Positions 55,650 to 64,000 of a DNA stretch of 64,000 nt are shown here, one piece after another; the stretch's first letter is position 1; each line of letters opens with the position of its first letter. Made by a program: the position numbers and the translations under genes. The stretch spans positions 198,604 to 262,603 of the IMG/VR virus record IMGVR_UViG_3300032321_002024. One strand, 5' to 3'. Source of the stretch: a virus. Its lineage: Duplodnaviria > Caudoviricetes. Below the pieces are notes generated by a model. That model did not search any database. It saw only the letters and a program-made list of their open reading frames with translations, and was not told where the DNA came from.

Positions 55650-56447
55650 TTACTTCTTAACAAGAACAAACCAAGCTGAGTCAGATTGTCCTTTGATTTC
55701 TTCTTCAACTTGTTGAATTTCTTCTTTACCTTGTGAAATTAAATCAGATGCTTGAATTTTAACACCACCTGGTAAAGTAAAGTCGTATCGACCAACTAAG
55801 TTACCTAACATTATCTTAGATTGACCAACAACATACTTATAGAATAAGTCATCTCTAAATAAGTTTTCTCTTGGAATGTTAGCATAAGCTTCCATAATGA
55901 CATCATATTTAACATCAGTTAAGATATGTATTCTGTGATTTAATTGATTGAAGTGATGTTTTAATGTATATTTATTTAACTGATTTAACATATCAGACAT
56001 ACTATCCAATAGAGTTTTATAAATACCTAATTCACCAATAGTGGTTACATATGATGATAAATAAGGTTGATTAGTTACCCCTAAGTTAACAGATAGGTTT
56101 GGTGTGTTAATACCTAATTGAAAAAGACTTTGACCTCTTACTTCATATAAATAAATAACAGATTGAATTTCACAGGGAACATTTACATATCTATACTTAG
56201 TAAACTCTTCAGTAAAGAAGGCCTCTTTTTGTATTAAGAAATACATTTTTTGAACAGCATATTGATATCTACGATAAAAATATGGTAGACATTTAGCCTC
56301 AATAATTTGTCTAACAGATACATCTGGTAGTGTCTTTGGTAAGGCACAAGCTATTGTCAACTCTGTCTGAACCATATCTATGAATTCCTCTATTGTATAT
56401 CCTCCTTGATAAGGAACATAAGAATCCCCATATTCGTTTACATCCAT
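55650..56447 (-). CDS. T4 gp13-like neck protein
   Basis: GRYDFTLPGGVKI..DLISQGKEEI..VEEEI C-terminal signature; late motif at 56467-75. Confidence 0.7.
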   Translation of the reverse strand: MDVNEYGDSYVPYQGGYTIEEFIDMVQTELTIACALPKTLPDVSVRQIIEAKCLPYFYRRYQYAVQKMYFLIQKEAFFTEEFTKYRYVNVPCEIQSVIYLYEVRGQSLFQLGINTPNLSVNLGVTNQPYLSSYVTTIGELGIYKTLLDSMSDMLNQLNKYTLKHHFNQLNHRIHILTDVKYDVIMEAYANIPRENLFRDDLFYKYVVGQSKIMLGNLVGRYDFTLPGGVKIQASDLISQGKEEIQQVEEEIKGQSDSAWFVLVKK

Positions 56448-56512
56448 ATTGTATTTCTATTTTGATTATATATTAATTTGTGGATTTCACTTATTATGAT
56501 TATATTTGTATT

Positions 56513-56692
56513 ATGAAAACGGGTAAGATACATATCGGAACTTTTACTAAATTAGATTCACTAAACGCATCTAAGAAAGCATCTCGTGAAATGGAATTAG
56601 AAAATTCAACAGGATGGGTAGCTAAGCACAAAGTGCACAAATCAGTTAAAGACTATACTCGTAAAACAAAACACAAAAATGAAGTTTATTAA
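56513..56692 (+). CDS. Small basic protein, likely leaderless (ORF track starts at 56480)
   Basis: TTTG-20-TATATTTG (56477-56508), then ATG 4 nt later; C-term HKSVKDYTRKTKHK. Confidence 0.7.
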   Translation: MKTGKIHIGTFTKLDSLNASKKASREMELENSTGWVAKHKVHKSVKDYTRKTKHKNEVY

Positions 56693-57209
56693 AAATATTA
56701 AAGAATTTATATCTTACTTTAATACACCTTTTGTTAGACCAAAAATCAAATTATATATCGGAAAGGTTTCTATTGGCACGCCTTATTTCTTACCAAGAAA
56801 ATCTATCAAAGATCCTGATAAACCAGGATATTTAAAATTTGTTCCAAAGAAAATCGGATTTGATATTGTCACTTTAGGATGGAAAACAAAATGGTCTCAA
56901 TTCAGATTTGAGTGGGCTCCGCTAATTTCATTTGTTTTCTTTAAATGGCAAATTGCTATAATTGTTTCAGCTCCCGATCAAGATCATTACTGGGAATCTT
57001 GGATTTACTATCAGTATGAAACTGATAAAACAAAGTCTAAATTAGAAAGAGCTATAGAGTGTCAAAAAAAATATCCTCAAAATTGGAAATTATCAAAAAA
57101 TGGAGTTGAGACTAAAGTTGATTACTATGACATAATTATAAAAAAGAAGTATCGTATAAAAAATATTGATGAAATAAGAGAAGATAAGTTAAACTCTTTA
57201 TTTAAATAA
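56679..57209 (+). CDS. Hypothetical protein with C-terminal REDKLNSLF tag
   Basis: ORF. Confidence 0.7.
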   Translation: MKFIKNIKEFISYFNTPFVRPKIKLYIGKVSIGTPYFLPRKSIKDPDKPGYLKFVPKKIGFDIVTLGWKTKWSQFRFEWAPLISFVFFKWQIAIIVSAPDQDHYWESWIYYQYETDKTKSKLERAIECQKKYPQNWKLSKNGVETKVDYYDIIIKKKYRIKNIDEIREDKLNSLFK

Positions 57210-57240
57210 AAAAACCTGTTCTTATTTGAACAGGTTTTTT
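57208..57240. terminator. Bidirectional intrinsic terminator
   Basis: AAAAAACCTGTTC-TTATTT-GAACAGGTTTTTT between convergent genes. Confidence 0.8.
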
Positions 57241-57245
57241 ATCAT

Positions 57246-58322
57246 TTATGCTGTAAAATTATTTGATTCTTTTAGTTTCTCTAAAACCTCTTTTTCTTCT
57301 TGAGTTACATTCTTTGGTATCTTCAAAGATACTTTGACAATTAAATCTCCTAAACCTAAATTGACATCCGGAATTCCTTTTCCAACAACTCTTAGTTGTT
57401 GACCAGGTTCAGTTCCTGGTTGAATAGTAATTGGAATATCACCGTGTGGTGTTTTAACTTTTACTTGAGAACCAATGATAGCATCAATAACCGAAACTTC
57501 TTTTTCAACTAATAAGTTGTTACCTTCTCTTTTGAAATAAAACTCTCTAAGCTCTTCTACTAATATTTGCAAATCACCTGGAATTCCATCTTTAATATGA
57601 TTTCCATATCCTTGCATACTCAACATCATACCAGACGAAACACCTGCTGGAATATCAACATGAACTATTTCTTCTTTAGAAACAGTTCCTTCACCTCTAC
57701 AAACACCACAAGGATTTGCAACTTTCTTACCTGATGCTCCACAATCTGGACATCCGTGTTCTTGTCTGATTTGACCGAATGGTGTGTTTTGAACAACAAT
57801 TCTTCTTCCAGTTCCGCTACAAGGCATACAATCTCTTACATCAGTTCCACCTTTTCCGTTACAAGAGTTACAAGAATCTTGTCTTTTGTATTTAAGTTTC
57901 TTTGTAACACCTTTAAGAATTTCTTGAATTGTTAAAGAAACTTTTAGTCTTAAATCACCACCTTTTCTTTTCTTTTGAGCCCAACGACCTCCACCACCTT
58001 TATTTTGTCCGAAAATATCTCCGAATTGTGAGAATATATCATCCATAGAAAATCCGTGACCAAATCCACCAAATGGATTTCCACCTCCACCACCAAATGG
58101 ATTTGCGTCTGCTGTTCCGAATCTATCATAGTTTGATTTCTTTTCAGGATTTGAAAGAACATCATAAGCTTCTGCAGCTTCTTTGAATTTAGTTTCAGCT
58201 TGTGGATTATCAGGATTTTTGTCCGGATGAAATTCCATAGCTTTTTTTCTATATGCTTTTTTGATTTCATCATCAGAAGCACCTTTATTAATTCCTAAAA
58301 CATTGTAATAGTCTTTACTCAT
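57246..58322 (-). CDS. dnaJ: Chaperone DnaJ
   Basis: J domain with HPD, G/F-rich region, four CxxCxGxG repeats. Confidence 0.95.
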   Translation of the reverse strand: MSKDYYNVLGINKGASDDEIKKAYRKKAMEFHPDKNPDNPQAETKFKEAAEAYDVLSNPEKKSNYDRFGTADANPFGGGGGNPFGGFGHGFSMDDIFSQFGDIFGQNKGGGGRWAQKKRKGGDLRLKVSLTIQEILKGVTKKLKYKRQDSCNSCNGKGGTDVRDCMPCSGTGRRIVVQNTPFGQIRQEHGCPDCGASGKKVANPCGVCRGEGTVSKEEIVHVDIPAGVSSGMMLSMQGYGNHIKDGIPGDLQILVEELREFYFKREGNNLLVEKEVSVIDAIIGSQVKVKTPHGDIPITIQPGTEPGQQLRVVGKGIPDVNLGLGDLIVKVSLKIPKNVTQEEKEVLEKLKESNNFTA

Positions 58323-58323
58323 A

Positions 58324-58638
58324 TTATTTAAATATTTTTTCTAATTTAATATTTCTATATATCTGTTTAGTTGTATCTGTCAATTTGATATCAACCCATC
58401 TGTTATATTTGATGACGAATTCATCGCCATAAATGTTAGCTCTCATTATTGGTAACTCTTCAATTATTTCAGAGAATATTTTTTCTATATCCTCTAAAGT
58501 AAAGTTTTCTTTTTCAGTAAGCCTTTGACAAAAGTAATTCATACAAGGACTGGCTGTATTTATAACACTTGATAAATACTTATCTCCTTTGAATCCATCA
58601 GGAGCTCCTTCAGATATTTCAATATACCAATCAATCAT
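58324..58638 (-). CDS. Hypothetical protein with C-terminal RNIKLEKIF tag
   Basis: ORF. Confidence 0.65.
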   Translation of the reverse strand: MIDWYIEISEGAPDGFKGDKYLSSVINTASPCMNYFCQRLTEKENFTLEDIEKIFSEIIEELPIMRANIYGDEFVIKYNRWVDIKLTDTTKQIYRNIKLEKIFK

Positions 58639-59188
58639 TAGCTACCATTTTTTTGATTTTTAAATCTCTGATATCTATTTTAATATCATCTGAATCTAAA
58701 ACCATTTTTACTAATTTAGCAATATAGTTATCAACCATAATTTCAAGAGTTGTTATAGACTTATCAATATATTCAAAAGATATTAAACAATCTTTAGAAA
58801 CAGTTAGTTGATTTATCAGATAATCTATAAACTCATCTACATCATAATGTAATCTAAATAGTTCGAGTCTACCATCATCTTTATAACCTTTTACTTCGGT
58901 TAAAATTCTATCAGCGACAAATATTTTAGGTGGATCAATAAAGACTTTTCCAAATACTCTTCTAACAGATGGTAAGATAAGATCTAATATATCGTCTTCT
59001 CCTTCATAAAGAGAACCGCTAAACTCTGATCCTTCAAACAAATGATATTTTTTAGTGATAACATAGTCAAGTGTCATTTCAAAATATTCCATCCACTCAT
59101 CGGTTATACCACCGGTCAATGAATCAATAAGAGCGTGTTTGTAATCTTCGTTCTTATGAATATCTAAAAATGAAGGTTTGTTAAGCAT
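58631..59188 (-). CDS. Hypothetical protein with C-terminal RDLKIKKMV tag
   Basis: ORF. Confidence 0.65.
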   Translation of the reverse strand: MLNKPSFLDIHKNEDYKHALIDSLTGGITDEWMEYFEMTLDYVITKKYHLFEGSEFSGSLYEGEDDILDLILPSVRRVFGKVFIDPPKIFVADRILTEVKGYKDDGRLELFRLHYDVDEFIDYLINQLTVSKDCLISFEYIDKSITTLEIMVDNYIAKLVKMVLDSDDIKIDIRDLKIKKMVAND

Positions 59189-59648
59189 TCTTTCCTAAAA
59201 TGATTTTTGGATATCTAAATGGTTTACCATTTAATGTGTATCCTTTACTCACTACATCAAATACCTTTTCTTCATCACAAGGAATTATTGAAATCACTTC
59301 GTGTAAATCCTCATCGTATGTTTCGGTTTGAATTGTTTCAACACCTTGAGATTTAAGAAAAGTTTCTAACTTAGAAAGAATTAAAGTCATTCCTTCTGAA
59401 ATTTCACCTGAAGATTTAATAGCAAAAGATAAATCATTATCCATATCTAAAATAGACGTTAACATTCTAACTTTTGTGTTAGTAATTAGGTCATCCTTTT
59501 CTCTTTGAATTCTTTTTTTGTAATTATCAAATTCTGCAAAAAGTCTGACGTATTTGTCTTCGGCTTGTTGGACCTTTTCTTGTAAAATCTCAACTTCAGT
59601 TTTTTGAACTTCCTGTTCAACTACTACTTCTTTTTTTTCGTCTTCCAT
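59181..59648 (-). CDS. grpE: Nucleotide exchange factor GrpE
   Basis: YVRLFAEFDNYKKR, D.DLHE, KGYTLNGK..R. Confidence 0.9.
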   Translation of the reverse strand: MEDEKKEVVVEQEVQKTEVEILQEKVQQAEDKYVRLFAEFDNYKKRIQREKDDLITNTKVRMLTSILDMDNDLSFAIKSSGEISEGMTLILSKLETFLKSQGVETIQTETYDEDLHEVISIIPCDEEKVFDVVSKGYTLNGKPFRYPKIILGKNA

Positions 59649-59649
59649 A

Positions 59650-60141
59650 TTAATAATTAAATTTTAAAAGTTTTTTTATATTATTTGAGTTATAAAATTC
59701 ATAAGTAACATTCTTATCAACGATTTTATGAATTTCTAATTTTTCTAATTCTACTTTAATCGCATTTATACAAACTACTAAATCTTTAAGAGCATTTGTG
59801 TAACTGATATTTGGTTCCCAATAGTCTGGAAATTTATCTAAAAATTTATCAATTGCTAAATCAAAAGTTCTCTTTCTAATTAAAAGACCATCTTTTTGAG
59901 GGGAGTGTATAGATTTATTGGTGAGTATTTCAACAACATAGGTATTAAATTTGTGAATTAAGTTGTCTGTCTCAATTACTTTGAGAATTCCTATGATAAG
60001 TGCATCTCTTTCGGATATTTGCATTTCTTGATTTTCTTTAAGAATTTTTTCAGCTTCTTTTTCTGAACCTAAGACATAATATACATAGTTGTCCCAGACA
60101 CATCTTCGGATTAACTCTTCTGGTGTGATTGTTATTTGCAT
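59650..60141 (-). CDS. Hypothetical protein
   Basis: ORF. Confidence 0.7.
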   Translation of the reverse strand: MQITITPEELIRRCVWDNYVYYVLGSEKEAEKILKENQEMQISERDALIIGILKVIETDNLIHKFNTYVVEILTNKSIHSPQKDGLLIRKRTFDLAIDKFLDKFPDYWEPNISYTNALKDLVVCINAIKVELEKLEIHKIVDKNVTYEFYNSNNIKKLLKFNY

Positions 60142-60250
60142 AAATTAAATTATATTTTTAAATTATAGTGAAATGTTAAGACAAAGTTTTTTATTTTACA
60201 CTTTGATAATTCTATAAATATATCTATATTTGTAAAAATTAAACTTAGAT

Positions 60251-60439
60251 ATGGAACTGTCTGAAAAAATCGAATTAAATAAAAAACTTAGATCTTATAC
60301 CGGTGATAACTCATTTGTTCTTTCTCTGCAAAAGCAATTAAAGACTTCTAAGTATCTAGAGAAAATAGAATTTGGTAGTAAAATGATAAAAGTTTTAAGT
60401 GAAAAACAATATTTGGCTGCTAAATCAGCTTTGTCTTAA
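60251..60439 (+). CDS. Small hypothetical early protein
   Basis: TTTG-19-TATATTTG promoter at 60202-60232. Confidence 0.65.
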   Translation: MELSEKIELNKKLRSYTGDNSFVLSLQKQLKTSKYLEKIEFGSKMIKVLSEKQYLAAKSALS

Positions 60440-60444
60440 AATTT

Positions 60445-61035
60445 TTAAATTTCACCAAATCTTTTTATTCTAAAAATAGAACCTATGTTATTTAGCTTAG
60501 CTTTGATTTCTCCGATTAGTAGTAAATGAGTTCTATTGAATTGTCTATTTTTTTCTAAATCATCTATAATTGACCAAGTCTCGTCAAAATATCTTTTTCT
60601 AAATCTTTCAGAAGCTGTGAAAGCATCTGATATATTTTGTAGTCTATCTGCTAGTTTAACAATAAGTGCATCTTCAGTCATATGAATGAGTTTATCTGCT
60701 AAGTATGCCGCTTTATTACCTTCATACTCATCATCTATTTCATCTTTAAGTGAAGTTAATTCTCTAACTAAACCACCAACTCTCCTTCCGAATAAGTCAG
60801 ATATCTCATAAAGACCCACTTCTATATCATCATAACAATCTTCAGCAACATCGTGTAGAATAGCAGCACAAAGAATGTCTTCATCTGTTGTATGTTGTTT
60901 AACAATTGCATTTACTTTTTTAACATGTGCTTCAAAATAAGGTTGATTAATAAATCTTCTTACTTGTCCTTTGTGTGCCGCTCTTGCGAACTTCCAAGCT
61001 TGTCTTTCTTTATCCGTTATTGGTCTATTTGGCAT
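60445..61035 (-). CDS. HD-domain small alarmone hydrolase-like protein (Mesh1/SpoT HD)
   Basis: FA..AH.GQ.R...PY..H, AAILHDVAED, VKLADRLQN. Confidence 0.85.
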   Translation of the reverse strand: MPNRPITDKERQAWKFARAAHKGQVRRFINQPYFEAHVKKVNAIVKQHTTDEDILCAAILHDVAEDCYDDIEVGLYEISDLFGRRVGGLVRELTSLKDEIDDEYEGNKAAYLADKLIHMTEDALIVKLADRLQNISDAFTASERFRKRYFDETWSIIDDLEKNRQFNRTHLLLIGEIKAKLNNIGSIFRIKRFGEI

Positions 61036-61093
61036 ATAAGTATATATAAACTTTCATAAATATAAACAATATAATAAAAAAATAAAATTTATT

Positions 61094-61273
61094 ATGATGG
61101 ATGAAGTAATGTCAGAAGCGGTAAGTTACCGTTATGAAAACAAGGAGTATTTGTTAAATACAATTATGAATCAGTTAGGAATGACTGAGGCAGATTTAGA
61201 AAATGATCCTTCTTGGGTAAGAGCTAAAGTTAGAGAAGCTAATATTGATAAAGTATTAGATTCTCAAAACTAA
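61094..61273 (+). CDS. 59-aa hypothetical protein with C-terminal REANIDKVL tag
   Basis: MMDEVMSEAVSY...VRAKVREANIDKVLDSQN*; not in the ORF track; terminator follows. Confidence 0.7.
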   Translation: MMDEVMSEAVSYRYENKEYLLNTIMNQLGMTEADLENDPSWVRAKVREANIDKVLDSQN

Positions 61274-61278
61274 AAATG

Positions 61279-61307
61279 AAACCTCTCAATATTGAGAGGT
61301 TTTTTTT
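61279..61307 (+). terminator. Intrinsic terminator
   Basis: AAACCTCTCA-ATAT-TGAGAGGTTT plus T-tract. Confidence 0.75.
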
Positions 61308-61326
61308 ATAAATTAAAAAAATAAAA

Positions 61327-61572
61327 ATGAAAGTAGTTTCAAAACTAGACTCACCTTTTGAGTATGAAAAAAGTGGTGAGATTAGAACGTATGGTTTAAC
61401 AAAAAATAAAGTTTATCAACTGAGTGATGTGAACCAATCGGCACCTAATAGCCATGAACTTATTTACGTCATTCAAATTGATGGTAAGATAATCCCACAC
61501 TTACCAGAAGATTTTTATTCTATCGATGAATGGAGAGAAAAACAAATCAAAAAAATCTTAGATTCTAATTGA
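61327..61572 (+). CDS. Hypothetical protein with C-terminal WREKQIKKIL tag
   Basis: ORF. Confidence 0.7.
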   Translation: MKVVSKLDSPFEYEKSGEIRTYGLTKNKVYQLSDVNQSAPNSHELIYVIQIDGKIIPHLPEDFYSIDEWREKQIKKILDSN

Positions 61573-61602
61573 TATTTAAGATTTTTTTCTTATATTTGTA
61601 TT

Positions 61603-62019
61603 ATGATAACAAGAGAGAAAATACTACAAGTTCAAAATAAAATCAAAGAAGCAATCGCTCAAATTGAAAAAGACGAAAATGTTAAAATTGATTTTGGTTC
61701 ATTAAGTTTTAATCCACAAAAGTATTCTACTCCAATGACTGTATCAACTTTAGAGAAATCTGAAAGAGTTGAGTCTGTTCTTGAAAGAACTTGTAGAGCA
61801 ATTGGTTTTACTCAAAATGTTATAAGCATGACTTTTGATTTTAGAGGTGATAAATATGAAATCACTGATATTAAAACAAAAAACAGAAAATATCCTGTTA
61901 TTGCAACTGAAATTAGAACTAAAAAAAGTTATAAGTTTTCAGTTGATACTATCAAAAGACTTTTAGGTGGTGATACTCAAATCAATAGAAATAAGAATTT
62001 AGATAAATTAGTTGATTAA
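61603..62019 (+). CDS. Hypothetical protein, likely leaderless, C-terminal RNKNLDKLV tag
   Basis: ATG 4 nt after TATATTTG (61591-98). Confidence 0.7.
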   Translation: MITREKILQVQNKIKEAIAQIEKDENVKIDFGSLSFNPQKYSTPMTVSTLEKSERVESVLERTCRAIGFTQNVISMTFDFRGDKYEITDIKTKNRKYPVIATEIRTKKSYKFSVDTIKRLLGGDTQINRNKNLDKLVD

Positions 62020-62021
62020 TA

Positions 62022-62432
62022 ATGAATTTATATTTAGATGAAAAGTCATATCATTTAGATTGGGGTTTCCCTGAGAAGATATCTTTCTTAAAAAAGAGAG
62101 ATAGTATCACTCTGAAATTTAATATTTATATTTATTCAGAAGAAACTTTCTGGAAAAATCATGAAAACGAAAAACTTGAAGTTTTTAAATCAATAACATC
62201 TGTCCCAACAAATGTATATGTCTCGAAGTCAGATTATTACTGGTGGGTTTTCGATGAATGTAGATTCATTTCTACTAAAGTTAGCAAAGATAAAAACTAT
62301 TACGACTATCAAGGAAGAGATACTGAAAAGTGGAACTGTGAACTAACATTTTCTTATAAAGATGTTTATGGTTCTAATAAGAAAACAGTAGTAGATAGAG
62401 ATATAAAATTAAAAAAAATATTTAGTGAGTAA
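62022..62432 (+). CDS. Hypothetical protein with C-terminal RDIKLKKIF tag
   Basis: ORF. Confidence 0.7.
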   Translation: MNLYLDEKSYHLDWGFPEKISFLKKRDSITLKFNIYIYSEETFWKNHENEKLEVFKSITSVPTNVYVSKSDYYWWVFDECRFISTKVSKDKNYYDYQGRDTEKWNCELTFSYKDVYGSNKKTVVDRDIKLKKIFSE

Positions 62433-62673
62433 TATATCATATAGAGTTTCAAATACTAAACTTTTCAAAGAAAGAGAAGATTTAGGTATTGATTTCTGTT
62501 GGGAGACAGAAAAAGAAGCTGTATTTGCTAGAACAGAAACTGATTTAGATTTATTAGGTGAATATTATTTATTAGAGAATTTTAAAACTGGTGAAATATC
62601 AGTTACAGACGCAAAGGGTAGTGTGTTAGATAAGACAGGTAGAATATTAAATTTATTTAGACTTAATATATAA
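62425..62673 (+). CDS. Hypothetical protein
   Basis: GTG-start ORF overlapping the previous stop. Confidence 0.55.
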   Translation: MSNISYRVSNTKLFKEREDLGIDFCWETEKEAVFARTETDLDLLGEYYLLENFKTGEISVTDAKGSVLDKTGRILNLFRLNI

Positions 62674-62677
62674 GTCT

Positions 62678-64000
62678 ATGAGATTATTTAGATATATGGA
62701 ATTTATAAAAGAAAGTGTTAGTCAAGTATACTCTATACCCTCTTATGAAGAGGCGGTTGAGATGTGCTCAAAACCAGACTCAGCCTTTTATGAAACAAAG
62801 TTAGAAGTTGATGGATTTCCAATAAGTATATTTAATTATAGACTTGCTCAATGGTCTGATTTTAATTTACCATTAGAAAATAAACCAGAAGTTAAAGCAT
62901 TTGAAATGCGTGGTCTTACTTTTGTTTTTAATAAAGATGGTTCTCTTTATAAAAGATTTGTTTTACTTGAAAAGTTCTTTAACTTAAATCAAGTTCCTAA
63001 TTCTATGTTCTCAGTTGTTAAAGATTATAAAATTCGTTATGTTAATAATAAAGAAGATGGTTCTATTGCTTCATTTATTCAATTACCAAATGGAAAGATT
63101 ATAGGTCGTTCTAAAATGGGGTTTGATAATGACCAAGCAAATGGTATTAACAAAATTTACAAAACAAATGCGGATGTAAATCAATTTGTTGATTGGGCTT
63201 TAAATAATGATATTGTTCCAATTTTTGAATATGTAGCACCACATAACCGTATAGTTTTAAGATACTCTTCAGAAGAACTTATACTTCTTCGTTTAAGAGA
63301 TAATAAAACTGGAAAACATATTGATATCAAAGAACACTTAGATAAGATTGCTTCTATTAAGATTGCACCTTTTGAGGATGATACAACATTGAATGATTTG
63401 ATTGAAAAGTCAAAAACTGAAGCAGAGAGGGAAGGATGGATTGTTCAATTTGATAATGACCATATGGTTAAAATAAAAACTGATTGGTATTGTCAACGTC
63501 ACGGATTATTGACAAATGATATTTATAGAGAACATATTATTATTGGTTATATCTTAGATGATAAGATTGATGATATCTTAGGACAAATTCCTGAAGATGA
63601 AAAAGAAGCACATGAAAGAATTCAAAAAATAATTTCAATTGTCAAAATAGAAATTAACAAATTGGTTTCTCAAATGACTTTGGCTTACAGTGAATTTGTT
63701 AAGTCAGGTGCTAATAAAAAAGATTATGCTATTAATCATAGAGTTGGAAATACAAATTTTCATTTTGTTATGAGTATGGATAAAGGAGAGAAATTAAAGT
63801 CATTATCTAAAGAAGATATATTAGAGTATTATGATTCAGTTGAAGATTGGGAAAAAGCAATTGAAAAGTGTCAGCCTTATAACTTAGCAGTTGAATCAAT
63901 TAGAGATAAAACTAAGAGATTAGAGATAGCCAGAGAGTGGTTGGAATCAAAAGATTCATCACTATTTTTTAAAGATCCAGAGGAGTCAGAAGAGAATTAA
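62678..64000 (+). CDS. T4 Rnl1-family RNA ligase with N-terminal packaging-like tag
   Basis: EMRGL.F, KFFNL, KEDGS (motif I), FEYVAPHNRIVL.Y, EGWIV, KIK; late motif at 62664-72. Confidence 0.88.
   Translation: MRLFRYMEFIKESVSQVYSIPSYEEAVEMCSKPDSAFYETKLEVDGFPISIFNYRLAQWSDFNLPLENKPEVKAFEMRGLTFVFNKDGSLYKRFVLLEKFFNLNQVPNSMFSVVKDYKIRYVNNKEDGSIASFIQLPNGKIIGRSKMGFDNDQANGINKIYKTNADVNQFVDWALNNDIVPIFEYVAPHNRIVLRYSSEELILLRLRDNKTGKHIDIKEHLDKIASIKIAPFEDDTTLNDLIEKSKTEAEREGWIVQFDNDHMVKIKTDWYCQRHGLLTNDIYREHIIIGYILDDKIDDILGQIPEDEKEAHERIQKIISIVKIEINKLVSQMTLAYSEFVKSGANKKDYAINHRVGNTNFHFVMSMDKGEKLKSLSKEDILEYYDSVEDWEKAIEKCQPYNLAVESIRDKTKRLEIAREWLESKDSSLFFKDPEESEEN

Noticed and set aside
3214-58282. Short ORFs overlapping larger genes (e.g. 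3214, 4458, 5458, 5980, 7447, 9220, 12750, 17572, 18020, 18048, 19054, 23622, 27986, 34962, 37775, 38671, 43503, 46692, 49333, 52587, 53187, 57950)
   Set aside because: Antisense or alternate-frame shadows of well-supported genes or tRNAs, with no motifs.
25242-59648. Interpretation as a bacterial chromosome (clpC, dnaJ, grpE, gmd/fcl, nrdB, guaC)
   Set aside because: These genes are interspersed with gp32-, gp13- and gp14-like genes, Rnl1, phage late-promoter motifs and many orphan small genes; bacterial operon context is absent.

Overview
AT-rich 64-kb segment of a huge/jumbo T4-related tailed phage that very probably infects a Bacteroidota host. Phage evidence: T4 gp32-like ssDNA-binding protein, gp13/gp14-like neck proteins, a tail-tube-fold protein, T4 Rnl1-type RNA ligase, and many short orphan genes. 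Host evidence: repeated TTTG-N19/20-TAnnTTTG promoters and a T9SS cargo protein. The window holds: a T9SS/secreted-protein cassette (1-4172); two tRNA clusters (Asp, Asp, Pro, Gln plus an HNH endonuclease; Tyr, fMet, a Glu-like element and Ile2/Met around an ~850-nt structured ncRNA); an N-domain-less ClpC, DnaJ and GrpE; a 14-kb glycan biosynthesis cluster; NrdB and a GuaC/IMPDH-family enzyme; RNA-repair and translation-rescue enzymes; and a block of proteins with a T4 capsid-targeting-like N-terminal motif. Most striking observation: an unannotated 30-aa leader peptide (10824-10916) whose only Gln/Pro/Asp codons form the run QQPQDQD. It is followed by mutually exclusive antiterminator/terminator hairpins placed immediately before the tRNA-Asp, Asp, Pro, Gln genes. 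This looks like a ribosome-mediated attenuator that turns on phage tRNAs when those same tRNAs are depleted. Other highlights are a stand-alone cyanophycin-synthetase N-domain hydrolase with a putative packaging tag, a recurrent C-terminal R[DEN]xK[LI]xx[LI] tag on about 12 unrelated proteins, and leaderless early mRNAs. All calls come from reading motifs by eye; no searches or folding programs were run.
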